In this document: positions 20,912 through 32,369 of the stretch, in pieces
Layout: every line of letters starts with the position of its first letter
How positions within the stretch are numbered: the first letter of the stretch is position 1
NCBI GenBank assembly: GCA_965644265.1
Contig: OZ286476.1
Span: 8,618,001 to 8,682,000 of the forward strand
DNA from: Glycera tridactyla
Lineage: Eukaryota
Reading direction: 5' to 3'
DNA: 64,000 nt
Position numbers and translations under genes: made by a program
Notes under the pieces: generated by a model
Database searches by the model: none
What the model was told of the DNA's origin: nothing
The model's input: only the letters and a program-made list of their open reading frames with translations

Positions 20912-22668
20912 NNNNNNNNNNNNNNNNNNNNNNNNNNNNNNNNNNNNNNNNNNNNNNNNNNNNNNNNNNNNNNNNNNNNNNNNNNNNNNNNNNNNNNNNN
21001 NNNNNNNNNNNNNNNNNNNNNNNNNNNNNNNNNNNNNNNNNNNNNNNNNNNNNNNNNNNNNNNNNNNNNNNNNNNNNNNNNNNNNNNNNNNNNNNNNNNN
21101 NNNNNNNNNNNNNNNNNNNNNNNNNNNNNNNNNNNNNNNNNNNNNNNNNNNNNNNNNNNNNNNNNNNNNNNNNNNNNNNNNNNNNNNNNNNNNNNNNNNN
21201 NNNNNNNNNNNNNNNNNNNNNNNNNNNNNNNNNNNNNNNNNNNNNNNNNNNNAAGGTATTAACAAAAAAAAATATGTCAATATGAGTCTCTGAGAGAAAC
21301 ATTCTTGATCAACTTTCTATCCAGCAATTGAAATGGCACAGCACCCATTGAACCAGAAGTTCTGACTAATTCACATCCTCCTCTTAACTCTACTTGTTTT
21401 CGAAGCGACTCACTCTTCCAAGCAAGATCTGCTTTTGTATGAGTTATTGGGTAGCGGGTCTCACCACGCCACTCCAGTGAAAGAAGTTTCCTCTCACCAT
21501 TCACATGTTGGCACTTTGATGTTACGATCTGAGATGACCCAGCTAATGATGGTGCTCAGTGAGGAAGTGGAATGCACTCTTACCGGAGCCACCCCACTCA
21601 GATGGATGCTAGTGATCAGAAAGAACTTCAAAAGGCGTCAACGATCACCAGCGAAACATAGCTCATTCAAAATAAGCTGGAGTTTTATAGTGTTGGAAAT
21701 GATTTGTGCCTTTACCATCGATATTTCGGTGAGCCTAACCAGCCTATGAGTCATTACGCTAGTTTTAGTATGTTTATCAAAAACTTGGGATGACAGAATT
21801 GATTGACTTTCTTAGGCATTCCTTTCATATAATGTGCTAGGTACATACACAGAAGAAATATGCCATTGACGCTTGAAGTATTTAGGTCATCTCAGATCGC
21901 AACATCAAAGTGCCACAAAGTGCCAGTGTGTTGTGATGATGATGTGATGGTACTGTAAATGGAGATGGTGTTGGTGCTGGTGGTGCTGGTACTGCTGGTG
22001 ATGATGGAAAGAAGACGAAGAAGAAAAAGAAAAGAAGAAAAGGACGGGAGAGGGTGTTGTGATGGTGGTATGCTGGGTACTGTGTTAACGGCGTGCTGGT
22101 GCTGCAAATGTTGATGGCCATGGCGGTGGTGCTGGTGGTGATGATGAGTTGGAGAAGAAGAAAAAGAAGAAGATGGGGCAGGGATATTAATGAATCATGC
22201 AACAGAGGGAATATGTTGGAGGCGAGTGAATAATCCAGATTACTTTTCATCAGATTGTCAAATAAATCGCATGACTGTGGGATGGATTTAGTTCAACATA
22301 ACTCACAATCGACATGTAGGGTATCCTGACAAGCCCGAACAAGGCCTGCTCTTGTGGTTTCGGTTTCAGTTGATTCAATTCCAATAGGAGACTTTGATTT
22401 TCTGCGACAGATTTCAGAAACTCAGCCATCAATTGTCACTAACTTCGGATTGCATCGCCGGCTATTCTTGTCCAGGAGTGCTATCACCTGGTCATACGTA
22501 GCGTTGGTCCTAATCCACATTGGCCGTTCACTATCGGTACGTGAAAAGGCAGGGGGAAACTTTGGACACTGACTCACACCATAGGGTAGGCGGGCACTGG
22601 GTATCCCGATCCAAATGATGGCAGGAATGATTTTGTTCCAGATCGAACCTTGTCCGAGCAAATTCTCG

Positions 22669-23117
22669 TTCTGGATCATGGTATTGGTGCTGTTTCTTCT
22701 ATGGATACTGGTTCAACCAACTTCTAGTCAATTTCGCTTCTGGTTCATGGTATTGGTGGTAATCCTCAGATAAATTCCTACTTCAAACAAAGTCTATTTC
22801 TAGTTTATTTCATTGGTGCTGTTCCTCAGTTGGAAGTTAGTCTGGAAATTGTCACCCTGGTTCATGATATTGGTAGTGTTCCTCCAATGCATCCTATTTC
22901 AAACTAATTCTCTGGATCATGTAACTGGTGCATTTCCTCTTATTCATTCTAGTTTGAAGTGATTCTTGTTCTGGTTTATGTTATTGGTGCTGTTTCTTTG
23001 AAGGAACCTAGTTCAAACTAATTCTCGTTTTGGATCATGTTATTGGTTTTGTTCCTCTGATGGATCCTAGTCCGAATATCTTCTTGTTCTAGTTCATGGT
23101 ATTGGTGCTGTTCTTCT
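22669..23117. repeat. Degenerate ~55-60-bp minisatellite (core TTCTGGWTCATGKTATTGGTGCTGTT), ~8 copies
   Basis: The repeated core is visible, with a homologous array in copy B at ~53842-54272. Confidence 0.85.
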
Positions 23118-26100
23118 GGTAAAAAGGTATATTTCTCATCTCACTGTGCTGCCTGTTCCCCTCTCTAATATAGAATATATCTCCCTTCAATCAACGGTGT
23201 GATTGCGTCGGTATACGTGATAGATATTGTTGTTTCATGTCTCAGAGTTGATGATGTTTTCCACGTTCTTAGCACACATCCGCTGTTTGGAATGATAACA
23301 CCTTTCAGAGTATACCTATTTCTGCCGCATCAATGAGTTAACAGAATGCGGTTACCTTGACTGCAGCGTGATGGAGTTGGGTTCTATTTGAATGAGAATC
23401 AGTAGATTGTGATGCAGAGATGTGAATCGAGCTATAGTAAAGCTCTGGTACGATGTGAATGCCTTACCAGATCTAGCAGGCCTGTCCTGGAAACCATGGT
23501 GTCATTCCTAAGCTCACCAACACGGAAATGGTTTGCTAACAGTGCTACGCTCCTCAAATGATCGCAAAGTGTAGTAGATTACAAACTGGAACAATGTCTC
23601 ATGAGGATGGGGGGGATTCTTGAGTGCTCCCCCCCCCCTCCCATTTTTCTAGATCCGGTCCAATGATGGAACAGTGCTTTCTTGGATTGGATTGACAATA
23701 GCACAATAATCTTTCAGAATAGATCTGATAACGAAACAGTGGTCTTTGGCATGTATCAAAGTGATAGCATAGTGCTCTGAAATGGATGAAATACCTGATA
23801 GAATAACCCCCCCCCCCCCCCCCCACTGGTGTTGTGCTCTCTGAAGAAGAAATGATAACTCGAGTATATGTGATTTTCAAAAAAGTTTCATTTTTCATTG
23901 TATACCATCGTCATTGCATGAGCTTCTTAATATAGCCAAGCTGGTGCTCAATGACGAAGAATCATTCAACCTACCGACAAACCAATCATCATTGGAAAGA
24001 GCTCGAATATTATAGTGCTCTTTCTGAAATTATTCAATGATTTCAGGCTGCCCCTTAATGATAGGTCTGATCATAATGCAACATGAGTGCTCTTCTCGAC
24101 AAAATTAAATGATGGGACAGTTTACCCCTAGAATGGGTTCAATATTGACGCATTGCACCCCTAGGAAGCATTCGATGATGGCTGAGTGTTCCTTTAGAAT
24201 AAACAATATATTATATTGGATGATAATACAGTGTTCCACCATGATTGTTTCAATACCAGAACAGTCCTCTAGAGTGAATTCAATGATGGCACAATACTCA
24301 TCTAGGATGAATTAAACGATAGCACAGTGTTCCTCTAGAATGGATTCAATGATATTACAGTGACCTTTTTGAATAGATTTACTTATAGCACAGTGCTGGT
24401 CAAATGACTGAGAAGTCATCCAAGCACCTTTCTATTCCTTCAACTAGTGTATAGGTTGGATGGAAACCAGCTTGAAAAAAGTGATACATGTGCGATGAAC
24501 GAGGTGTCCGATATCAACAAATCTGGTGTAGATGGCGGAACTGGATATATAGTGCTGCACCACCCCAGGATGCTTTCACTACATTTGGATTTATATTGAG
24601 GTTTGTGTAGCTCAGTATCTTTATATCAGTAAATACCCCTTGACTTCCACACATTGCCGATATGATCGATCGGTGTTTAGGCCAGATGAATCTCTAACAG
24701 AGCTGTTGCTGACGCCAGACTATGCTTCGAGAAGATTTATTTTGCACTCTTCTGGCATAAAAGATTCCATGCCAAGAGGGCGAGTGTCCTTTCGAGATTC
24801 ATTGTGTGCCACATCTGCTGTTTATTTCGAATGCAGCTTGTTGCCTCGCATTAATATATCATCTTTTCATCATCATTAGCATCTTGCATAAGGGAGGACG
24901 TGCGAATCTATCTCATTTTCTTGATATCAATTTCCCCGATGAAAGAAACATCACCTTCAGTATATGTGAACTGAAACAACTTTCAAACCCCAATGGTGAT
25001 TCAGAAGGAGAGGGTCCAGTATAGTATGATCCGCACCATCCTCATTGCACGGGCATCTCGATGTAATCCAAATGGTGCTCGCAGTGGCAAATCAAGCGAC
25101 CAACCAACTGCAATTATCAAAACTAACTGTCCTCTCAATGATTTGGTGATAAATGAGTCAATAGCAGATATATTAAGCTCATTTCCCTTGGGTTTTCAGG
25201 TCTAATTTCTGATAAAAAGATGAGCTGACATTGACATGGTCAATGCTACTGCAATTTAATGCAATCAGAAAGAGCTGCCACGTCCATAGATTATATCCTC
25301 GCAGAAAGAGATGTAGCCGGCATTAAGTCAAAATAGATTGCTCGATACCCCGTCAATCCAGTGAAGCAGAGGGTTGGAGAGGTTGATGGAAAGCCAAACC
25401 AGATTGCAATCAGAGAGAGTTGAAAAGTCAGTTGGCTGGTACTGTCGAAGATAATGCAATTTACCTCGCAGTAAAAGCAACAATCTGCATTTGGTCTTTT
25501 TGCGAACTATGCCATCAACAAAGACGTCAGCCATATGAAGCTGAGAGCACATATTCAAGCGATACACATACAGGACATATGCCCATGTCCTCTAAGTTGC
25601 TGGGTGAGTTTGATTACCAGACGGCTTCCTGGGGCATGATTGGCGCTCGTGAAACTTATCTGAATTCATATCTCCTGACAGAAGGACATGGGGCATCAAT
25701 CCATCTTCAGTTCAGAAGATAATAGTAATACCGATTATGAATGATGACAAAATTTCAAACGCACCAGTGGGTGTATGATAATGTGGATATCGAAAATATC
25801 CAGATGATATCATAGATATCATTGATAGTAATAGTGATGATGATAATAGAAACAGAGATGATGATGATAGTAACTGAAGCGGCAGGAGTGATAATTGTGG
25901 TAGTAGTATTAGTGGTAGTAGTAGTAGTAGTAGTAGTAGTAGTAATAGTAGTTGTGGTAGTAATAGTAGTAGTAGTTGTAGAAGTAGTAGTAGGAATGGT
26001 TATCGAGGTTATAGGTGCAAAAATGGAAGGTCCAGGAGTAGTTATTGGGTGAGGATTGCACAAATGATGTTCATAATGGAATATTATGATTGATGGGGTG

Positions 26101-28890
26101 AGTGATATTTTTGATGATGGTGATGAAGAGAAATAGAAATTGTGAGGAACCTCGCAAATTGCGTTGTAGTCACAACGTGCACTGAGCTTCACAGGTTGAT
26201 ATCGCGATGAAATTTTGTCTTCAGTCTAGCATTCAGCTGCATTCTGCATTGATCTACAGTCCCACGGTACAATATCATGTCAAAGCAGCAGAGGAGTGGG
26301 GCGAAGCCCCTGTCCCTTTTGACGTCACTGTCTGATGTGCCAATATTGTAATGGAGGTGTTTCTGCAGTTTGTGAAAGTGACAACATCCGGACTAATGAG
26401 TTATTATAACATTATTGGTGTTTCTCTTGAGAATGACCGTACGCTAGTTTTTCCTTCGTTATACATTTGTACCACACCTTTAATTCAACAAATAATTGAC
26501 GCTCCTTACCATTGGCCATTACGCCTTTTCTAACCCATTTTCCGAAATTGAAGCACCTGGAAGCCTACCAATTATATCAGTACACTGTCTTTGCTCGATG
26601 ATGAGCCACATCCTTGAAATGCCGAATGAAACTGCCTGATGTATACAATAACTAGTACATATCGATGATTATACATGAATCTTATTTCACATATTAACTA
26701 TCTTGCCCTACTTTACCGCTATCTTTGTTACTTTTCTTGTCCATGCGAAATGTCTTTGTCTATCAGTATATCATGAGCTTGTAGGACTAACGTTAGCATC
26801 AGCTTTTAATACGATCCCACGGGGTCATTGTACCTTTTGCTTGAATAAAAGTTTTTTTTCACAGTCATCCAAGACGACATTCAAAACCATTGGTATTACC
26901 AATTATCTCGCATGTGAAACCTATCCCGTACCTTCATTACAGGAATTTCAGCGATGAGATTCTTGAATAGCCACAAGCCTGGATAACGACGATATTATTG
27001 AATATCACCAGTGGCACATTCATGGAATCTTTATTTTTGAAGTATGCAAAATCTGTGTGGTATAGATGATATCATAAAGCAAGCCAAGCTGGCGTGGTCC
27101 TGCAAAGGCATGGTGGTTGGATTTTCAACTGTCGAACAGGAATGGGAAATTTTCTCGCGCTTTGTCTCACATCGGAGTCACATCCAGTGTCGCCCTCTAG
27201 CATAAAGACAACTCCTACAATAACACTTGGAATACTTCTATAATTATTCACAAAAACGATATTCAAAGTTAATTAATCCCCCCCCCCCACTCCCCCCGTT
27301 TACTGCTTCAAGTATTCCATAACTGAGATAGAAAATAAAATCTGAAATATTCCTTCTCTCTTGTGTCACTGTCCGTCTTCATTTCATATTCCTAAATATA
27401 ATTCTAATCATCTCTATGCACAAGGAGCAATTTATTTCTAAAATTATGTTAAAAGTGTGTCATGCCTAATTGCAGATTTGGGTAGTCCAAGGAGTAGGTG
27501 CATCATAAGCACAGGTTCGATTTTGCAGTGATTCATCCATCTCACGAAATATCATTTGTCGGTGATGAGATGATCAACTATACCTGACAAATTGGGACAT
27601 GAGTGGAATAAAATAAATTCTTTCATCTCAAAAAGTGGCTTGAAGTGTGCAAATACCAACTATTGAAAATGCAATTCAGCATTATCTCATTTCATTTGCC
27701 GAAATTGCATTTGAATTATAGGGTCTCACAATATACAAAATTGGAATCAGAGGATGGTAATACAGCCATTGATCACTACTTACTTTGTCAGATCACTCCG
27801 CCTACTGCATGGAGACAAATGAAAAGTCCCACCAAATACCCAATGTTGGTTCGACTGGGTACCTGACATGTGATATAGTGAAAGTCACATCAGTAAAAGA
27901 CATTTTTTTCGGCAAGCATTGAAAATATATAACGGCCTCCTTCGGTAAACATCATATTGAATGTATCCTTAAAGAACGCCTATTTCAATAATTGGCTGAT
28001 TTTCTTATAACTTCAGTTTTTTGAGGGTTTAGAAAGTGTCGTCGATGATCCAGCCCATGAAATTTGATGAGCATCCCTGTACATGAAGAGGTGGTAAACA
28101 ACCAACAAAGCCAATCAATATTATTCAATATGAAACATGGAGATAGCAAAAGGAAGTCATTGATACCTTCCAGGTCACCTAGGCTTGCGAAACCTGATGC
28201 ACATCTGATGATGAAGTGATCTGTTTACATTGTGAAGGTGAAAAAGAACCTAAGGCCAATATTCCATACAGCAGCACATGGGGGCCATCACATAAAAGCT
28301 CTGTGGCATCCGAGACGGGAGAAGACTTTGTGGCAAAAGAGTAGTAAGCTGTCACGTGTCACTCATAGATGTCACACACTCTTTATAGGTGGCCCCCGCC
28401 ATCTTGAAAAATCAGCCTTGTGTCAGAGGGTTGGTCGAGTGGGAGTCCAAGATCTCTATAAATGAAAGCCGCCTATGGAAGTGGGTTATTTACTTTAAAC
28501 GTTGCCATTTGAATTGATGTCGCCAAGGTGTAGCAGAATCGGTTTCTTCTTCTCAATAGATGTTGGTGTGATGGTTGGTTGAGAAAATACCTTTGAAATT
28601 CTGTCATCTTTCACCAGACATTTTTTACCCGAACACTCCATCACCAGGTTTCCTTTCAATCACCGCTTTTCTATCCCTCGGAGTTCTTTTTTATTTCTCT
28701 TCAGGCAAGTGGTCTCAAGTGTAGATGGAAGATATTGTCACTATATGTAGAGGCGTGTACCCCTGTGATATAATCAAAATGGTCATCATTATTTCGATAG
28801 TCATCCACGCAAAAGCGAATTTCCTAACTTCATACGAAAGGGACAAATCCCGCACACAATGATCAGCGTCGTCATCAACACCCATAAATT

Positions 28891-29111
28891 AACCCCAGGA
28901 CTATTAATTTAACCTGGATGTTAATACCTACCTGTCTCTCCCTCAAATTCTGCATCCCCCATGCCTAACTGCCCAAGCTCGAACTTCACTACATAGTGAT
29001 AAAAAAACGAACCCCTAGATGGACCCCTCCGTTATCGCTACCGTTCTCCACTAGGTGCTGCTAGTGTCTATGTTTACCTGGCGCATTCCGTGCATGTGCA
29101 CATCGTATTTT
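28891..29111. repeat. DIRS 3' ITR (28920-29111) plus unique terminal extension (28891-28919)
   Basis: Reverse complement of 36045-36237, with about four internal substitutions and a non-identical terminus. Confidence 0.93.
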
Positions 29112-29148
29112 CACAACAATTAGCGGGGACGGATGGGAGGGTCCATCT

Positions 29149-29246
29149 ATTTGAGGGAGAGACAGGTAGGTATTAACATCCAGGTTAAATTAATAAACCT
29201 CGGGTTAGTTAATACCGTCCCTGTCTCTCCCTCAAATTCTGCATCC
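29149..29246. other. DIRS internal complementary region (ICR)
   Basis: 29149-29206 is complementary to the element's left end and 29207-29246 to its right end. The junction GGGTT|AGTTAAT reproduces the circle junction. Confidence 0.93.
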
Positions 29247-29315
29247 GCATAAAACACGGATGGAGGGATAATTGTCATATAGTCATGAGTTCATAAGAAC
29301 TACACCTACTCCTAA

Positions 29316-32253
29316 TTATTCTAAGGACGCAGGTGGATAAATGACTGCTTGACCAGCCACTATGGGACCCGATGAGAAAATGTCAATAGCCTGGCCGCAA
29401 AGATCCCTCAGATAAAATGAGGCAAATGTATTGCTTGATCTCCAGAATGCTGCTTGCATAATTTCATGTACAGACGACATTCTGTTGAACATTCTCCACG
29501 ATGTGGATAGAGCTCTAACCTCATGTGCGGAGATGTTCTCTGGTACATTCTCTAGACTCTCGTGGTTGTCATAGGCTCTCAGAATGAGTGTCTTGACCCA
29601 CCTAGAAATTCGATCTACTCTTATTTCTGAAGTCCTTGGACCTCCTATTGGAATAAAGAGTCTTCTCCTTCCAGCTCTCATTGGAGCTACCCTCCTTAGG
29701 TATGCCTCCAAAGTTCTGACTGGGCATAGAGAAGAAATAGAAGTGTTGTCCTCCCCAATGGGAATTGCTGGAATCTCAATGATAGGGCATTCCCGATCAG
29801 GCTGTTGATTCTTGGCCAGAAATCCTGGTAAAGAAATGAGCTGTACACTGGACATATCCCTGAAAAATCGAATTGCTTCTGGCATTCCAGAGAGCGAATG
29901 AATCTCGCTCCTTCTCCTACCTGAAGCAAGAGCGAGTAAAAAGACTGTTTTGAGGGTTAAATCTTCCAAACTTATCTCTTCCAAATTATTAAACTGTACA
30001 GTATTCAGAAGAGACAAAACTGATGGAAGGTTCCATGCTGGAACTAATTTCTTCTGAGTTGGCCTTTCTAAGGCTAGATTCTTAAACATCCTTCTCAAAT
30101 CATACGATTCTAAAACATCATTTCCGTAAACAGAAAATACAGAAGTAATTGCAGATTTGTAACCCTTTAAGGTTTCCAGAGATTTTCCTTGATTCCAAAG
30201 GGTCAAGAAAAAATTTAAGATGCTTGGTAGAGGTGTAGAGACCGGATTAGACCTATTGCCCCTACACCACTGCGCCCATATTTCCCATCTGGCGTCATAG
30301 ACTCTATTGGATGACTCCCTGGTGGGAGCGGCGATTCTATGGACTGCCTCAGCCGAGTAGCCCTTGGCGACAAGGGCTTCCCTGATAAGCACCAGGCATG
30401 AAGGTTGAGGACCTGAGGCTTGTAATGGTTCAGCCTCTTCCCCTTCACTACCTGGGTCAACAGGGTTCTCGACAAAGGCAGTTCCACTGGGTTGGTCACC
30501 GATAGCTCCAGGAGATCGGGGAACCATGCTTGGCTGGGCCACCAGGGAGCCACACAAATTACTATGATTTCCAGGTCGCGAATCCTGTTCAATGTGTCCC
30601 TGACTAGAGCGGTCGGGGAAAATATGTAGGCTGTCTGGAACTGGGACCAGTCGATGGAAAGAGCGTCCACCCCTAGAGCAGCAGGATCTGGAACTGGACT
30701 CAGAAAAAACTGGCAGCTTCTTGTTGTTGTGAGTGGCCATTAGATCTACTAATGGACTCAAATGAAACCACTGAATCACCTCGTGGAAAATCTGTGTATC
30801 CAGCTCCCACTCGGTTGGAATTGGTTTTGCTCTCGATAGAGCGTCTGCCACAACGTTTTTCTTTCCCGGAATGTGGTTTATTCGAAGGAGTGAGTTCCTT
30901 CTCCGGGCAAATGTCCATATTTGCCAGGCAAGACCGCAGAGCAACGCACTGTGCGTTCCTCCCTGGTTTTTCACATATGCCACTGCTGTGGCGTTGTCCG
31001 ATAAAATGAGGACTGTCTTGCCTGGTATCCACTGATGGAATGCTTCTAGAGCTAAAAGAATTGTTTCCAGCTCTAGTGAATTGATGGACCGTTCTGAATA
31101 TTGTGACGGCCACTCTCCTGCTACTTGGTCCCTCGTCCCCAGCCCCACTAGATGGGCTCCCCATCCTGAAAAAGACGCATCGGTCGTGATGGTGAGCTCT
31201 GGATCTGGATCTACCAGAGGAACCCCGGATAACGAGTTCTCTCTGTTCTTCCACCATTGGAACATGTCTAATACCTCTTGAGGTAAGTCGATCATAACCT
31301 CCAGGCTGTCTGAGTGGGGTCTCCAATTGGCTAACAGACATAGCTGAATGGGACGCATATGAAGTCGTCCTGTCAGGACATAGTCGGAAAGGCTTGACAT
31401 ATGTCCCAACAGACGAAGAATAGCCCTTGCCGGTTGGTAGGGTCTCCTGAGAAACAGGCGAATACATCCTTCCAACTTCTGAATGCGTTTCAGAGTTGGA
31501 CGTACTATACAAGTCTGGGTGTCGAAGTCGACACCCAGATAGGTGAATTGTCGACAAGGAACAGGTTCTGACTTTTCCTCGTTGACAATCCACCCTAAAT
31601 CTCTTGCTGTCTGCAGCACATAATTCATCTGAGATATCAGGGTTGATTGGCATTGGTGACGAATCAGCCAATCGTCCAGGTATAGGTGGACCTTCATTCC
31701 CTGAGAGTGCAGATGTTGCGCCAACTCTCTCAGGACCATCGTAAAGATTCTTGGTGCCGAGGCAAGACCAAAAGGAAGCGCCCGAAACTGGAATGCTGCT
31801 TGCCTCGACACCGCAAAACGAAGAAACTTTTGATGATCCTGATGGATGGGAACATGGAAATAAGCGTCCCGGTGATCTATCGATATGGACCAATCCCCCG
31901 GGAGCACTGCTTTGACAACTGATCTGATGGTCTCCATTTTGAATTTCTGATTGTACAGCAACCTGTTCAGCGGTTTTAAATTGATGACTGGCCTGAAACC
32001 GCCTGAGGCTTTGGTCACCAAGAACAGGTTGCTGTAAAAGCCTGGATTGCAATCTGGTGACAATTCGACTATTGCTTTCTTGTCCAACATCTTTTGGATC
32101 TCCTTTTTCAGAGCTACTGCTTTGGGAGAGCCCTCTTTCGGCCCTGAAAATGGAACTATTGTCCGAGATAAAACTGGTTGATGATTGAACGTTAGAGATA
32201 GACCGTTCTGAATAATATTTAGGATATACCTGTTTGTTGTCAAATTTTTCCAT
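29316..32253 (-). CDS. DIRS tyrosine recombinase ORF (978 aa if the extra A in 30704-30709 is removed); N-terminal half overlaps the RT ORF in another frame
   Basis: Catalytic motifs LALASGRRRSEI (R), AHEVRA (HxxR), FWRSSNTFASFY (W/Y). The length 2938 = 3n+1 confirms a single +1 indel linking ORFs 30700-32253 and 29316-. Confidence 0.88.
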
Positions 32254-32369
32254 GCAGGCACAAATTGTGCCAGTCTCGCACCCACACAGAGAGTCGAGAG
32301 AGCAGCGCTCGTGGCCCTAGGGCCTCCTTGCTCTGCCTCGACCTCCTCTCCTATATGGTCTGCGATCAC
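30215..32369 (-). CDS. DIRS reverse transcriptase / RNase H / N6-adenine methyltransferase-like ORF (717 aa if the same extra base is removed)
   Basis: RPVINL, DAYFHVPI, ALPFGLASAP, YLDD (RT); TDASFSGWG, LELE, SDN, NVVADALSR (RNase H); VDLMAT...PVF[LSPVPD]...VDALSIDW, YIFSP, PWWPSQAWF (MT-like). Length 2155 = 3n+1. Confidence 0.9.

Noticed and set aside
21277-21504. 75-aa ORF conserved in both unit copies (also 52606-52833)
   Set aside because: Expected by chance at the high nucleotide identity between copies. No recognisable motif, and neighbouring ORFs are not conserved.
22422-22679. Faint bHLH-like pattern in an 85-aa ORF
   Set aside because: The basic region and key residues are missing, and the segment is largely different in copy B.
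25600-25660. SWGMIGA and 46800-46860 QADIAL as extra glutamate-receptor S1 motifs
   Set aside because: Too short and not colinear with the other remnants, so not used as evidence.
29316-32369. Novel natural RT-RNase H-tyrosine recombinase fusion protein (1017 aa)
   Set aside because: A single-base indel in an A6 run explains it and restores the canonical DIRS1 two-frame layout.
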